A DNA stretch of 64,000 bases, taken from NCBI GenBank assembly GCA_050250895.1, contig JBFWNU010000005.1:288001-352000 (forward strand), written 5' to 3'. The position numbers and the translations under genes were made by a program. The first letter of the stretch is position 1. The number at the start of each line of letters is the position of its first letter. Positions 20,592-30,813 of this stretch are shown in pieces. The notes under the pieces are model-generated. The model did no database searches. It was not told the DNA's origin and was given only the letters and a program-made list of their open reading frames with translations. This DNA comes from Vulcanimicrobiota bacterium (GTDB lineage: Bacteria; Vulcanimicrobiota; Xenobia; Xenobiales; JADMJV01).

Positions 20592-22229
20592 CTAGGGCAG
20601 CAGCCTTCCGCGCAGCAACAGGCCGTCGGGTTGGGCTTCGAAGCCGGTCAGCTGCAATCCGGCCCGGCCCGATAGAGGGGGCACCGGTAGATTGTCGGGC
20701 ACCGGCATCGGTAACGGGGCTGCCCCCAGGCCGGTGACGATCTTCTGTTTGATGGCTTCTTGCTCGGAAGCACTCTTCGAGCGGATTTGCGGGCTGAGAA
20801 ATTCGATGCGGGTCAAGACCGGTTGCAGCGACCAGCGCAACGGTAGGCCCGGAGACACGCGGGGGACGAAATGGCCGGCGGCCCGGGCTCCGGGCTCGAG
20901 TCCACCGGTGATGCCGGCCGTCCACTTGACGTCGAACTCCCCCGGGTCCATCACGAGCACTCCGTCGCGATAAGCCAGATCGAGGCGACGGATGATCAGG
21001 TCGGTGACCTGCACGGTGAAGACGAACACTTGCTGTTTGGGACGTTTGTCCTTGGGAATGGGGATGGTCATCGGCAGCAGGGGAGGAACCTGAGCCCGCA
21101 GGCCTCGACTGACCACCTCGGACGATAGCCACAGAGAAAATTCCTGGTCGCCCAATTCACGCTGCTGCAGGTCGACGGTGGCTCCGCTACCGCGGCTGGC
21201 GGCGATGACCAGCAGGTTGCGGCGGCGGTCCCCCAGGGGCTGGGTGGCCAGGCTAAGGTGCTCGAGATCCTGGGCGGTCAGGGCGCCGGTGGCCAGTAGC
21301 TCCTTCTCGTAGGCCCCCGGGACGGGCAGGGTCAGCTGGTTGCCGAGGGTATCAAAAAGCGGACCCTCGACCAGTTTTAGCCACTGAGGCGGAACCGCCG
21401 CTGGCCATGGATCGACCAGGGCCAGTCGGGTTTGACCCGGCTCGAAACGCAACACCAGTTGGCCGTTCTCGAAGCTGGGGGTGGTTTTGGTCTCGAACTG
21501 GGCCGTGACCTGGTTGCCGGCGAGTTGTCCGCGCAGCGACCCGAAGACGGCCAGCTGGCCAGCTTCGCAACCGAGCATGCTGATGCCCAGGTCGGCTACC
21601 TCGAGCACCACGCCGGTAGTGGACTCGCGAAAGCTCAGCTGATGTCCCGCCAAAAATTCGCGGGCGCAGTGATGCAGAAAATCCTCGCTGAGTTGGGCCC
21701 GCAGGATGGGACCTGCCACCGGGTGGGAAAGAGTGGGAATCGGTAGGAACCGGGGAGCGACCGCTTGCAACTGCCCATTCTGCTGAAAACACACAGCCTC
21801 GAGCTCGAAGGCCTGCCCCGGCGGCCGTTGCTTCCAGGCGGCCTGCTCCTCGGCGGTTTCGAGGTTCAGATGAGCCTTCTGGTGGAGTTCCGGCAGGTCG
21901 ACCACGGGCGGGTCGAAAGTGGCCACCGTGGCCCGCATTCTCCCGCGCCAGGCCCCGGACGGGACCGGTAGGGCGGCCACCAGGGTTGGAAAGCCGGCCA
22001 CTTTCACCTGGCCTTCCGAGAACTCTCCTCTCAGCCGGATCGGACCCTGGCCAAGACCCGCCAGGCTCTCGCCCGCGACCACCGAGTAGACGCGGCGTTG
22101 AGCCACCGTGTAGTCGAACTCCGGACGGATGATGGCTCGCAAACCGAAGGCTGTCTGCTCGAGTTCGACCAGTCTCTCTTCGGCCCCAACGGGAAGGCAC
22201 AGCAACAGTAATAGGAAGAGCCGTCTCAC
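20592..22229 (-). CDS. secreted hypothetical protein
   Basis: GTG start overlapping upstream stop; signal peptide VRRLFLLLLLCLPVGA. Confidence 0.7.
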   Translation of the reverse strand: MRRLFLLLLLCLPVGAEERLVELEQTAFGLRAIIRPEFDYTVAQRRVYSVVAGESLAGLGQGPIRLRGEFSEGQVKVAGFPTLVAALPVPSGAWRGRMRATVATFDPPVVDLPELHQKAHLNLETAEEQAAWKQRPPGQAFELEAVCFQQNGQLQAVAPRFLPIPTLSHPVAGPILRAQLSEDFLHHCAREFLAGHQLSFRESTTGVVLEVADLGISMLGCEAGQLAVFGSLRGQLAGNQVTAQFETKTTPSFENGQLVLRFEPGQTRLALVDPWPAAVPPQWLKLVEGPLFDTLGNQLTLPVPGAYEKELLATGALTAQDLEHLSLATQPLGDRRRNLLVIAASRGSGATVDLQQRELGDQEFSLWLSSEVVSRGLRAQVPPLLPMTIPIPKDKRPKQQVFVFTVQVTDLIIRRLDLAYRDGVLVMDPGEFDVKWTAGITGGLEPGARAAGHFVPRVSPGLPLRWSLQPVLTRIEFLSPQIRSKSASEQEAIKQKIVTGLGAAPLPMPVPDNLPVPPLSGRAGLQLTGFEAQPDGLLLRGRLLP

Positions 22230-24136
22230 GCGCGACCCTCCCGCCAACGCAAGGCCAGGTAGACCAGCGCCAGATGCAGGCCCAGCAGGGGCGCGAGCAC
22301 CGACCAAACCAGCGAAGTGGTCAGATAGAAATCGCCGGTGATCCAACCCATACCCAGACCCATGAAGCGGTTGTTGATGTTGAGCAGTTGCGAGGTGCCG
22401 GCAAAGCTCCAGCGACTGACGCTCAGGATGGAAACGGCTCCGATGACCGGTCCCATCTGCTCAGGCTTGACGAAGGCACCGGAAAGGACCAGTTGCAGAA
22501 TCAACAGGACCGACACCAGGGTGGTGGATTGTTCGGCCGAGCCGCACACCGCCGAGAGAAACAGGCCCATGGCCACTCCGCCGAGATAAGCGCCCACCAG
22601 AAAGGTGTAGAATTCGAGGCTTGCCCGCGCACCCAGCCCGGTCTCGACCCGCCAGAACACGACCGCTTGCAGGATGGCGCATTGGAACAGCCCCACCGAG
22701 AACAAGACGATCACCTTCGAGGCGAGGTAGGGCAACAACATCAGGTTGACGTGGCGCTCGCGCCGCAAGATGGGAAGCTCTTTGACGATCTCGCGGCTGG
22801 AGTTGATGGCCCCGAAGAAGAGGCTGCTAACCACCAGCATGAAGAGCAGGGTGGGACCCTCGTGGATTGGGAATTTCCCTCCCCGTCCCAGCTCTTGCTG
22901 CAAGGCAAACAGGTCTGGCCCAAACAGATTGGCCAGCACCAACCCGATGGCCGGGGCCTGTAACACCAACAGTGCCAGGTTGGCATGGTCGCTCAGAACC
23001 AGCCGGGTGTAGCGCGACAGCAGCACGCCAAATTGGCGCCAGGCCGTGGTCATCTTTTGCCAGGGGTTGATTCGGGTCACCGGTTGCTCGGCGGCGATCG
23101 GCGTCAGAGCCGCTTCATGGCTGGTCCTCTGTTGGCGAAACCGCCGTTCCCATTCCACGCCCAGGTCGCTATCACCGATTTTGAGATAGATCTCGGCAAA
23201 GTCGTCCACGCGAAAGAATTCCAGGGCCTCGTGGGGAGTGCCATAGAAGACCATTCGCCCTCCCGGGGCCAGGAAGCAGACCCGGTCGCACAGCACGATG
23301 TTCTGGGTGGCGTGAGTGACCAGGACGACCGTGCGTCCCTGGCGACTCAAGCGCGAAAGAAGCTGCATCGCGCGTTTTTCCAGGCCCGGGTCCAGCCCCG
23401 AGGTGGGCTCGTCTAGAAAAAACAGGCTGGGCTCGGTCAACAGCTCTACGGCGATGCTGACCCGCTTGCGCTCACCGCCGCTGAGCGTCTTGATCAGGTT
23501 CGAGCGACGGTGGGCCAGGTTCATGCTGGCCAGTACGAAGTCGAGCCGGCGCTGCAACTCTTTGGCCGACGTGTCGCCCGGCAGGCGCAGCCGGGCTGCG
23601 TAGCGCAAGGCAGCTTCGACCTCGAGGTCGCTATGCACGATGTCGTCTTGAGGCACCCAACCGATGAGCGACCGAAACAACTCCATGTTGGGTGCCGCCG
23701 GTAGCCCTGACAGCAGAACCGCGCCTTCACTAGGATGGACTTGACCCGAGAGGCACTTCATCAGGGTGGACTTGCCGGCTCCACTGGTGCCCACCAGGGC
23801 CACGAATTCGCCGGGCTTGATGGAAAGGGTCAACTGGTTGAGGATCGGGGCCGAGGCGCCGGGCGGCTGGTAGACCAGGTTCTGCACCTGGATCTCGACT
23901 TGCCCTCCGTGGTCTTCTTGATGGAGGCGCTGGCCATCGAAGCGCAGCCGGGCTGGCCCGATATAGACGATTTGACCGGGTTCGAGCGAGACCGACTCGA
24001 CCCGCTGGCCGTCTACGAAGGTGCCGTTGGCGCTGGCTAGATCCACCAGTCGATTACCCTCGAGGCGGGCGTGGCGCCGCGAAACCAGGGGAGAGTCGAG
24101 CACGACCTCGCAATCAGGATGACGACCGATGATCAC
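22226..24136 (-). CDS. FHA domain ABC transporter ATP-binding/permease fusion (Rv1747-like)
   Basis: FHA (IGR..VSRRHA..SANGTFV), Walker A GTSGAGKS, LSGGE, LDEPTSG, ABC2 membrane domain. Confidence 0.93.
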   Translation of the reverse strand: MIIGRHPDCEVVLDSPLVSRRHARLEGNRLVDLASANGTFVDGQRVESVSLEPGQIVYIGPARLRFDGQRLHQEDHGGQVEIQVQNLVYQPPGASAPILNQLTLSIKPGEFVALVGTSGAGKSTLMKCLSGQVHPSEGAVLLSGLPAAPNMELFRSLIGWVPQDDIVHSDLEVEAALRYAARLRLPGDTSAKELQRRLDFVLASMNLAHRRSNLIKTLSGGERKRVSIAVELLTEPSLFFLDEPTSGLDPGLEKRAMQLLSRLSRQGRTVVLVTHATQNIVLCDRVCFLAPGGRMVFYGTPHEALEFFRVDDFAEIYLKIGDSDLGVEWERRFRQQRTSHEAALTPIAAEQPVTRINPWQKMTTAWRQFGVLLSRYTRLVLSDHANLALLVLQAPAIGLVLANLFGPDLFALQQELGRGGKFPIHEGPTLLFMLVVSSLFFGAINSSREIVKELPILRRERHVNLMLLPYLASKVIVLFSVGLFQCAILQAVVFWRVETGLGARASLEFYTFLVGAYLGGVAMGLFLSAVCGSAEQSTTLVSVLLILQLVLSGAFVKPEQMGPVIGAVSILSVSRWSFAGTSQLLNINNRFMGLGMGWITGDFYLTTSLVWSVLAPLLGLHLALVYLALRWREGRA

Positions 24137-25731
24137 GAATTCTTCGTGTCCGGCACTTGGATGGGTATCGAGCGAGCGGCCTGGCGAAAATGGTCGCGCT
24201 GTTCCTCGGGCAGGCTCTCGATGGCGGCCAGGATGGTGGGCGAGTCGAGCGGACCCGACCGCTCCAGGTTGCGGGCTCGCTGATAGACCTCGGCGAACAG
24301 CGGAGAGACGGGTCTCTTCTCATCTGGGCGCAGGGGATAGTCTCGCTCGTGGAGCCTGGTGTAGTGAGGCTCGCGCCCCGCCCGCAGCTCGAGGTGGTCG
24401 GCTAGCAGCGCCTGCCAGTAGCGGGCGATGGCCTCGGGCGGGCGCGACAACTCCAGGGCCTGCTGGGGGGAGATCTTCAGCAGTTTGCGTTCTCCGGCCT
24501 CGACCCACCAATCGTTTGCCTGCTGGCGGCAGCTCAGTTTATCGGCGGTGACCGGATAGGCGGCCAGCAGGTCGGCGCCCGCCATCGCCTGGTCGCGGGC
24601 GCTCATCGAGGCGTTGTCGCCCAGCAAAGCAACCTCTGCGCCGTGAAGGCGCAAGGCCCAAAATAGCTGATGCTCGGCCGGGGCGGGGGCGGCACCGCTG
24701 GCGGCGACGGCCCAGACCGGCTGGCGGTCCATCAGGTGAACGGTCTGAAAGCCGAAGAAGCTGGCCAGGGCCAGGCAGGCCAGAGGGAGCAACCAGAGGG
24801 AAGCGGGGGTCGAGGTGGGTAGCTCGGTGGCTTGCACCATGACCGTGGGTTCGACCGGCCGAGGTGTTTCGAGGGTCTTGGTGGGCTCGGAGGCCCTGGG
24901 GGGCAGGGTCGGGCTGGTCATCGAAGCCAGCGCCCCGCTCATGGCCCCCGCGCTCGCGAACCGGTCCTCCGGTCGTTTCTCCAGGGCCTTGAGGATGAAC
25001 GCATCAAGTTCCGGACCGATTTCGAGATTACGATAGCTGGGCGGGTGAGCCAGTTGATAGACCTGCCGCTGGATGACCTCGGCCACATTGTCGGCGGCGA
25101 AGGGGGTCTGCCCGGTCAGCATCTCATAGAGCACTACCCCCACGGCATAAAGGTCGCTGGGTGGGCCCACCGCCTTGTCGGTGAGCTGCTCGGGGCTCAT
25201 ATAGTCGGGCGTGCCCGGCATGAAGCCGGTTCGCGTCAGGGTCGTGCCCTGGGTGGCCAGGGCCACTCCGAAGTCCGAGATGATCAGCTTTCCGTCTTGA
25301 TCGAGCAACAGGTTCTCGGGTTTGATGTCACGATGCACGATGCCATTGTCGTGAGCATAGGCCAATCCGTCGAGTAGTTCTCGGGTCAACCTCAGGGCGT
25401 CTTGGACGGAAGGCTTGCCGCGCTCGAGAAAGCTGCGCAGGGTCTCTCCCTGAACATACTCGAACACCTGGTAGCACCCCATCTGTTCGTCTTCGCCATA
25501 GTCCAGCAGATGGACGATATGGCGGTGGTCGAGCTTGGACGTGATCGAGGTCTCGCGTTGGAACCGGGCCACGTATTCGGCGTCGTCAGAATATTGGGGA
25601 TAGAGGATCTTGACGGCGACGGGCTGGTCGGCCTGCTGGCCGCGGGCCAGATAGACGGCCCCCATGCCCCCCTGGCCAATCTTCTCTTCGAGAGTATAAT
25701 CGGCGAGCTTTCTACCGGTATAGCGACCCAC
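24133..25731 (-). CDS. Ser/Thr protein kinase, membrane-anchored
   Basis: GQGGMG, HRDIKPEN, DFG, GTPDYMSPEQ, TM segment; start approximate. Confidence 0.93.
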   Translation of the reverse strand: MGRYTGRKLADYTLEEKIGQGGMGAVYLARGQQADQPVAVKILYPQYSDDAEYVARFQRETSITSKLDHRHIVHLLDYGEDEQMGCYQVFEYVQGETLRSFLERGKPSVQDALRLTRELLDGLAYAHDNGIVHRDIKPENLLLDQDGKLIISDFGVALATQGTTLTRTGFMPGTPDYMSPEQLTDKAVGPPSDLYAVGVVLYEMLTGQTPFAADNVAEVIQRQVYQLAHPPSYRNLEIGPELDAFILKALEKRPEDRFASAGAMSGALASMTSPTLPPRASEPTKTLETPRPVEPTVMVQATELPTSTPASLWLLPLACLALASFFGFQTVHLMDRQPVWAVAASGAAPAPAEHQLFWALRLHGAEVALLGDNASMSARDQAMAGADLLAAYPVTADKLSCRQQANDWWVEAGERKLLKISPQQALELSRPPEAIARYWQALLADHLELRAGREPHYTRLHERDYPLRPDEKRPVSPLFAEVYQRARNLERSGPLDSPTILAAIESLPEEQRDHFRQAARSIPIQVPDTKNS

Positions 25732-26210
25732 TAATCGAGTTTGAGCACTTTCACCCGAAATTTCAAGGTCATACCGGCCCACGGGTGATTGGCATCGACC
25801 ACGGCCTGGTCGCCTTCGATCTTCACCACGCGGACAATGTGCTCCCGACCGTTCTTGTCGCGGGCCTTGATGACGGCTCCGGCTTTGCGACCGGTCTCGG
25901 GCAGGCTACTGGCGGGCACTTTTCCCACCAGGTTGGGATCGACATCACCAAAAGCCTGCTCGGGTGTCAGCACGATGTCACGGCTTTCGCCTGCTTTCAT
26001 GCCGACCATGCCCTTTTGCAGGTCGGGCAGAAAGGTATTGCCACCGATTTGCATCTCGAAAGGCTTTTCGGTCGCCGTGATCTTCTGGCCGCCTGACCCA
26101 AAAATAGTGTATTCGATGGTGACCTTGCTACCGGCTTGGACCTCGGGAGGGGCCGCCAGGGCCGGAACGACCAGCAGGAACAGCAAGATGAACAGGCTTC
26201 GAGGTCTCAT
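25731..26210 (-). CDS. FKBP-type peptidyl-prolyl isomerase (SlyD-like) with signal peptide
   Basis: GMKAGE, PEQAFG, VDANHPWAGMTLKFRVKV. Confidence 0.9.
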   Translation of the reverse strand: MRPRSLFILLFLLVVPALAAPPEVQAGSKVTIEYTIFGSGGQKITATEKPFEMQIGGNTFLPDLQKGMVGMKAGESRDIVLTPEQAFGDVDPNLVGKVPASSLPETGRKAGAVIKARDKNGREHIVRVVKIEGDQAVVDANHPWAGMTLKFRVKVLKLD

Positions 26211-26483
26211 ATGGGTTCTTATTCCGTGGGGTCGGTCCCTATCCTGTGATGATAACAAATACAAGGCCCGGCGGCCGGAAAAGTTTCTCTCGGCGTGGAA
26301 TGTATGATGAGGGTCATTCTAAAGGATAGGGGGTATCCGGTAGGATAGGTATCACGACAACCGAATGGGGGCGAAAGTGCCCGGGGTCATGGTGTAATGA
26401 CTCGGTATTTACGCATTCGGGGGAGGGCCTCTTGCTTGATCCCCCCAGGGGAAAAAGGTTTTCATCGAGAAAGGTTCTAGCAC

Positions 26484-28451
26484 GTGAGCAACGAGGCTGA
26501 CAAACGACCGCCCGATTCGGCGGAGCGGTCGGCTCCCTTCAAGCCCGGGCACATTCCCCTGCAGCCCGGGCCTGCTTCAGGTCGCATGGCTCGCCGCCCC
26601 GACATCCGCACTCCTCGACCCCCAGGCCAGGGCGAGGGGGAAGCCAGTGGAGAAGGCTTTCTGCCGGGTCCCGGTGGGGGAGAGCCCTCGCTGAGTCCAC
26701 CGCCTGGGCGTCGTCCGGGCGGTATGCCACCCGGGCCCGGTCGAAGTGTCCCCTCGCTCGAGCAGGGCGAATCAGGCAGTTTCGATATTCCCAGTCTCGA
26801 GCCACCTCGGACGGCCCGACCCCGCATCCCCGAACTCGAACCGGCCGACTTCGAAACGCCCCCCGTGCGCGAGCCGCTCGGACACCGGGCCCCCCGAATT
26901 CCCAGTCTTGAAGCCGACGAGCCATCGATCATGTCGGTTCCCGAACTCGAGCCACCGCCGCGTCGGCCCTCCGCGCCGCCGCCGCCTCCTCCGCCGTTGC
27001 CAAGCCGACCGGTCCCTCCGCCGAGTTCGGCGCCTTCGTTCGAGGCGCCCGAGGGCTTCGATCAGAGCTTTGACGAGATTGCCCGACAGTCTCCAGCGGC
27101 CACACCCCCCCCGGCACCGCCGCAACCGCGAGTGGCTGCGCCGCCGCCGCCCCAGCCCCAGACCCCGACTCTGCGTCCACCAACGCCTCCCACGCCGCCT
27201 GCCCCGCAGAGACCCCCGGCGCCCGCGCCTCCGGGAGTGCCTACGGCTGCGCCCAGGCCGGCTGCCCCCAGGCCGGCGGCGCCCCCACCACCTGCGCCGG
27301 CTCCTCCTCCGGCTGCTCCGCCCCGCCCGGTAGCGCCGCCGGTGCCTCAGGTCGAGGCCGATATTCAGTTTGACGAGCCCGAACCCACCCTCGAGCCGCC
27401 GCCACGTCCCGCGGCGGCTCCTGGTCCCACGCTCGAGCCGCCGCCAAAGCTAGAGCCGCCGCCAAAGGTAGCCCAGCCGGGCGAGGCGGCTGCGCCTCGC
27501 TCTGCCGAAGGCTTCAGCATGATCCCGGTCGAGCCGCCTCCGTCACGGCCCGAACCCAAAGAGAAGCCGAAAAAGAAGTTCTCGGCGGTACGGGCCGGCG
27601 TGCTCACGGCGGTGGCCTCGGCCGCGCTGGTGGGATGGTGGTTCAACGCCAAGAAGCAAGTCGAGGTGGCCCCCGATCCGCCCCAGGCCGTGATCGGGTC
27701 GGTCCCAGCCGGCGCCAAGATCTTTGCTGGTGCCGAGGTCGTGGGTCAGACCCCCCTGGTAGTGGTCCAGGGCCAGTATGACACCGTCACTCTCAAGATG
27801 GACGGCTATCAAGACAAGACCGTTGGCCTCGAGTTCTCTGAACGCAAAGTGAATCGAATGCTCGAGACGCTCGACCCTTCGTTGGGGCAAGTTGCCCTCA
27901 AAGGGGTTCCCAAAGACGCCAAGATCTCCCTCGACGGAGCCGAACCGGTGGCGGTTGGCGCCATGACGACCGACTGGCCCATGGGCACTCATAAGGTCAA
28001 GGTGATCCTCAGTGATCAGGAACCGGCCGAATTCGAAGTAACCGTTTCGAAAGACAGCGCCGTCGACCTGGGGGCCGAGGTCGAAAAGATCGTTTCGGTT
28101 CGTCCCCGGCTGCTGTTGACGGTGAGTGGTCCGGCCAAGTTCAACGTCGAAGTTTCAAAAGTCGGTCACGAGAACATTCAGGCCGCTTCCGGAGCCGGCA
28201 ACCTGAGCCTGCCCCTGCAGGACGGACGCGGTATCTACAAGATTTCGGTAACGGCCGATGGCTATCTGGGCTACAACAAGGACATCGAGATCGCCGGACC
28301 GCGCAAAATGAGCGTGGTTTTGCAGCCTCGACCCGCTCCCGCTCCCGCGCCGGCACCGGTGTCAAGCGGTACCGGGGGAGGGGGCTTTCGCCCGGCACCC
28401 GCGCCCCCCGGTGGCAGTGGCGGACATCGCATCTCGGCCCCAGACTTCTAG
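26484..28451 (+). CDS. Pro-rich membrane protein with PEGA domains
   Basis: Pro-rich N-half, single TM, SVPAGAKIF..VGQTP PEGA motif. Confidence 0.8.
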   Translation: MSNEADKRPPDSAERSAPFKPGHIPLQPGPASGRMARRPDIRTPRPPGQGEGEASGEGFLPGPGGGEPSLSPPPGRRPGGMPPGPGRSVPSLEQGESGSFDIPSLEPPRTARPRIPELEPADFETPPVREPLGHRAPRIPSLEADEPSIMSVPELEPPPRRPSAPPPPPPPLPSRPVPPPSSAPSFEAPEGFDQSFDEIARQSPAATPPPAPPQPRVAAPPPPQPQTPTLRPPTPPTPPAPQRPPAPAPPGVPTAAPRPAAPRPAAPPPPAPAPPPAAPPRPVAPPVPQVEADIQFDEPEPTLEPPPRPAAAPGPTLEPPPKLEPPPKVAQPGEAAAPRSAEGFSMIPVEPPPSRPEPKEKPKKKFSAVRAGVLTAVASAALVGWWFNAKKQVEVAPDPPQAVIGSVPAGAKIFAGAEVVGQTPLVVVQGQYDTVTLKMDGYQDKTVGLEFSERKVNRMLETLDPSLGQVALKGVPKDAKISLDGAEPVAVGAMTTDWPMGTHKVKVILSDQEPAEFEVTVSKDSAVDLGAEVEKIVSVRPRLLLTVSGPAKFNVEVSKVGHENIQAASGAGNLSLPLQDGRGIYKISVTADGYLGYNKDIEIAGPRKMSVVLQPRPAPAPAPAPVSSGTGGGGFRPAPAPPGGSGGHRISAPDF

Positions 28452-30385
28452 TGGTTGATCTTTTTGAGCCGGCTGGCCCAGATCAACCCGCCTGCTAAGA
28501 GGCCGAAAGCCGCAATGGCCAGCAGTTCGGTTCCCGGAGGGGTCTCGCCGTCAAAGAGCGGTAGCTCGTAGTACTTCACGGCGGCCACGCCCACCCCAAC
28601 CAGGGCCGCCCCTGCAATCAAACCCGAGGAGAAGAGCACCCCCGTCTCGCGCCGCTCGTTGACTTCGTCTTTGAGTGAAGTTTTCTCGACCAGTAGGCGG
28701 ATCAGGCCGCCAATCATGACCGGCACGGCCAGGTGAACCGGCAGGTAGAGTCCCACCGCAAAGGCCAGTGTCGGCAAACCCATGATCTCGACACAAAAGG
28801 CGAGAAAGACTCCCGTCAGCACCAACCCCCAGGGCAGATTTCCGTCCAGGACCCCGTCGATCACCAATCGGATCAGGTTGGCCTGGGGCGCCTTGGCTTC
28901 GCCGCTCACGATGTCGTCTTTGAAGAGGGCCAACACGGCCGCCATGGTGATGGCCGAGAGGATGACTCCGATCAACTCTGCCACCTGCTGGCTCCTGGGG
29001 GTGGCTCCCACCAGAAAGCCGGTCTTGAGGTCCTGCGAGGTATCGCCCGCGATGGCCGCCGCGATGCAAACCAGCGAGCCGATGGTCAGTACGGCTACCT
29101 TGGCCTGCTCGGCGTCGTAGAGCTTTCCGAAGACCAGCGCGCACAGCAGTACCGTGGCGATGGTCATGCCCGAGATGGGATTGGAGGAAGCGCCCAGCAA
29201 CCCCACGATGCGTGAGGAGACGGTCACGAAGAAAAAGGCGAACACGACCACCGCCAGCCCCGCCAGCGGTCCCAGGGCGCCCCCCTGGGGACTGGCCATC
29301 AAGGGCAGAAAAGCCGAGAGCAGCGCGATCACCGCCAGGGCCGCCCCGACGACGGCCAGGGAAAGTTCTTGCTCGGTCCTGGGTAAGACCTTGTCGGCCT
29401 TCTCTCGGAGGGCGTCCATGGCCATCTTGAACGACTCGATCAAGGTGGGAGTCGACTTCACCAGGGTGAAGAGGCCGCCAAAAGCGACCGCCCCGGCGCC
29501 GATGTAGCGCAGATAGCGTTCCCAGATGTCCCAGTGCGACATCTCTCGGATCAGATGCTCGGTCTCGGGGGCCAGCGGCGTCATGACCCCGCCACCGAAA
29601 TAGTAGATCATCGGGATGATGACCAGCCAGCCAACCGCACCCCCGGCCAGCATGACGGCCGCCACCTCGGGACCGATGATATAGCCCACCCCCAGCAACT
29701 CGGCCGTGAGGGTAGCCCCCATGGCGGTGCGAAAAGAAGGCAGTTTGATGGCGAAGTCGGGTTCTTCGGGAAAGAAATGGAATTTCTGGAGGAGCGTGAA
29801 AACGGCTCCCGAGAGGGCCCCGTAGCTGAGCATCTTGCCCTGCTCGCCGCCCGCCTGGGCGGCCACCTGAACCTCGGCGCAGGCCGTCCCTTCGGGATAG
29901 GTCAGCTTGCCGTGCTCGGCCACGATCAGGGTGCGGCGCAGGGGAATCATGAAGAACACGCCCAGCAACCCACCCAGTAGCGAGAGGGGGAAGATCGGCC
30001 AAAAACCCGGCGACTCGCCCCACAAAAAGAGAACGGGCAGGGTGAAAATGACTCCCGCCGCCAGCGACTCGCCGACCGAGCCCACCGTTTGGATGATGTT
30101 GGTCTCGAGCACGTTGGACTCGAAGCGCAACAGGCGAAAGACCAGCACGCCGATCACGGCGGCCGGAATCGAGGCCGACACCGTCAGGCCCACCTTCAAG
30201 CCGAGATAGGCGTTGGCGAACCCGAAGATGATGCCCACGATGGCGCCGGTGACAACGGCTCGAAGGGTGAACTCGGGCAGGCTCACCTCGGTGGGAATTA
30301 CCGGTTGATATTGTTCGCCTTCTTCCAACGGCCGGTAGGCCTGGGGTGGAAGGCTCATTTTTAGTTCGGGCTGCTCGCCGGCCAT
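28448..30385 (-). CDS. OPT family oligopeptide transporter
   Basis: NAYLGLKVGLTVSASIP, YPEGTACA, SSNPISG, QDLKTGFLVGATP. Confidence 0.95.
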   Translation of the reverse strand: MAGEQPELKMSLPPQAYRPLEEGEQYQPVIPTEVSLPEFTLRAVVTGAIVGIIFGFANAYLGLKVGLTVSASIPAAVIGVLVFRLLRFESNVLETNIIQTVGSVGESLAAGVIFTLPVLFLWGESPGFWPIFPLSLLGGLLGVFFMIPLRRTLIVAEHGKLTYPEGTACAEVQVAAQAGGEQGKMLSYGALSGAVFTLLQKFHFFPEEPDFAIKLPSFRTAMGATLTAELLGVGYIIGPEVAAVMLAGGAVGWLVIIPMIYYFGGGVMTPLAPETEHLIREMSHWDIWERYLRYIGAGAVAFGGLFTLVKSTPTLIESFKMAMDALREKADKVLPRTEQELSLAVVGAALAVIALLSAFLPLMASPQGGALGPLAGLAVVVFAFFFVTVSSRIVGLLGASSNPISGMTIATVLLCALVFGKLYDAEQAKVAVLTIGSLVCIAAAIAGDTSQDLKTGFLVGATPRSQQVAELIGVILSAITMAAVLALFKDDIVSGEAKAPQANLIRLVIDGVLDGNLPWGLVLTGVFLAFCVEIMGLPTLAFAVGLYLPVHLAVPVMIGGLIRLLVEKTSLKDEVNERRETGVLFSSGLIAGAALVGVGVAAVKYYELPLFDGETPPGTELLAIAAFGLLAGGLIWASRLKKINH

Positions 30386-30435
30386 CTTGACTCCTAATAC
30401 AGGGACCCGACGACTCTCGGAAGAATCATGGCGGG

Positions 30436-30813
30436 GTGAGAGTGTTGCTGCTCATCTTGTTGCTCGTATGGTCGCCAGCCCTGGCTGGTTCTCCTTCAGG
30501 CCCCAAGACGCCCACCGGCGGATGGCTAATCGAAGATGCCGACCACGTCATCCAGGAAGAGATTCTCTGGACGGGCAAGATTCAGGGCCTCAAACTCCAG
30601 AAATATCAGCGAACCCAGCAGTGGAACGAGTACACTTACGCCCAGGGTCGCGACACCAGCAAACTTTCCCAAGAGGTGATCGGCGGCTTTCAGAAACGGG
30701 GTTGGAAGGTCAAGAAGGGGGCCAACGGGGTGATCAGCGGCACCAAGGGCGACATGGATCTAACCGTGACCATCACCTCGAAGAGTCTTGTCGTTAGTAT
30801 CGGGCAGCGCTGA
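30436..30813 (+). CDS. small secreted hypothetical protein
   Basis: Signal peptide ending SPALA. Confidence 0.6.
   Translation: MRVLLLILLLVWSPALAGSPSGPKTPTGGWLIEDADHVIQEEILWTGKIQGLKLQKYQRTQQWNEYTYAQGRDTSKLSQEVIGGFQKRGWKVKKGANGVISGTKGDMDLTVTITSKSLVVSIGQR

Noticed and set aside
26700-27470. Short tandem repeats such as ctcgagccgccgcca
   Set aside because: Explained by coding LEPPP and Pro-rich repeats of the PEGA protein.
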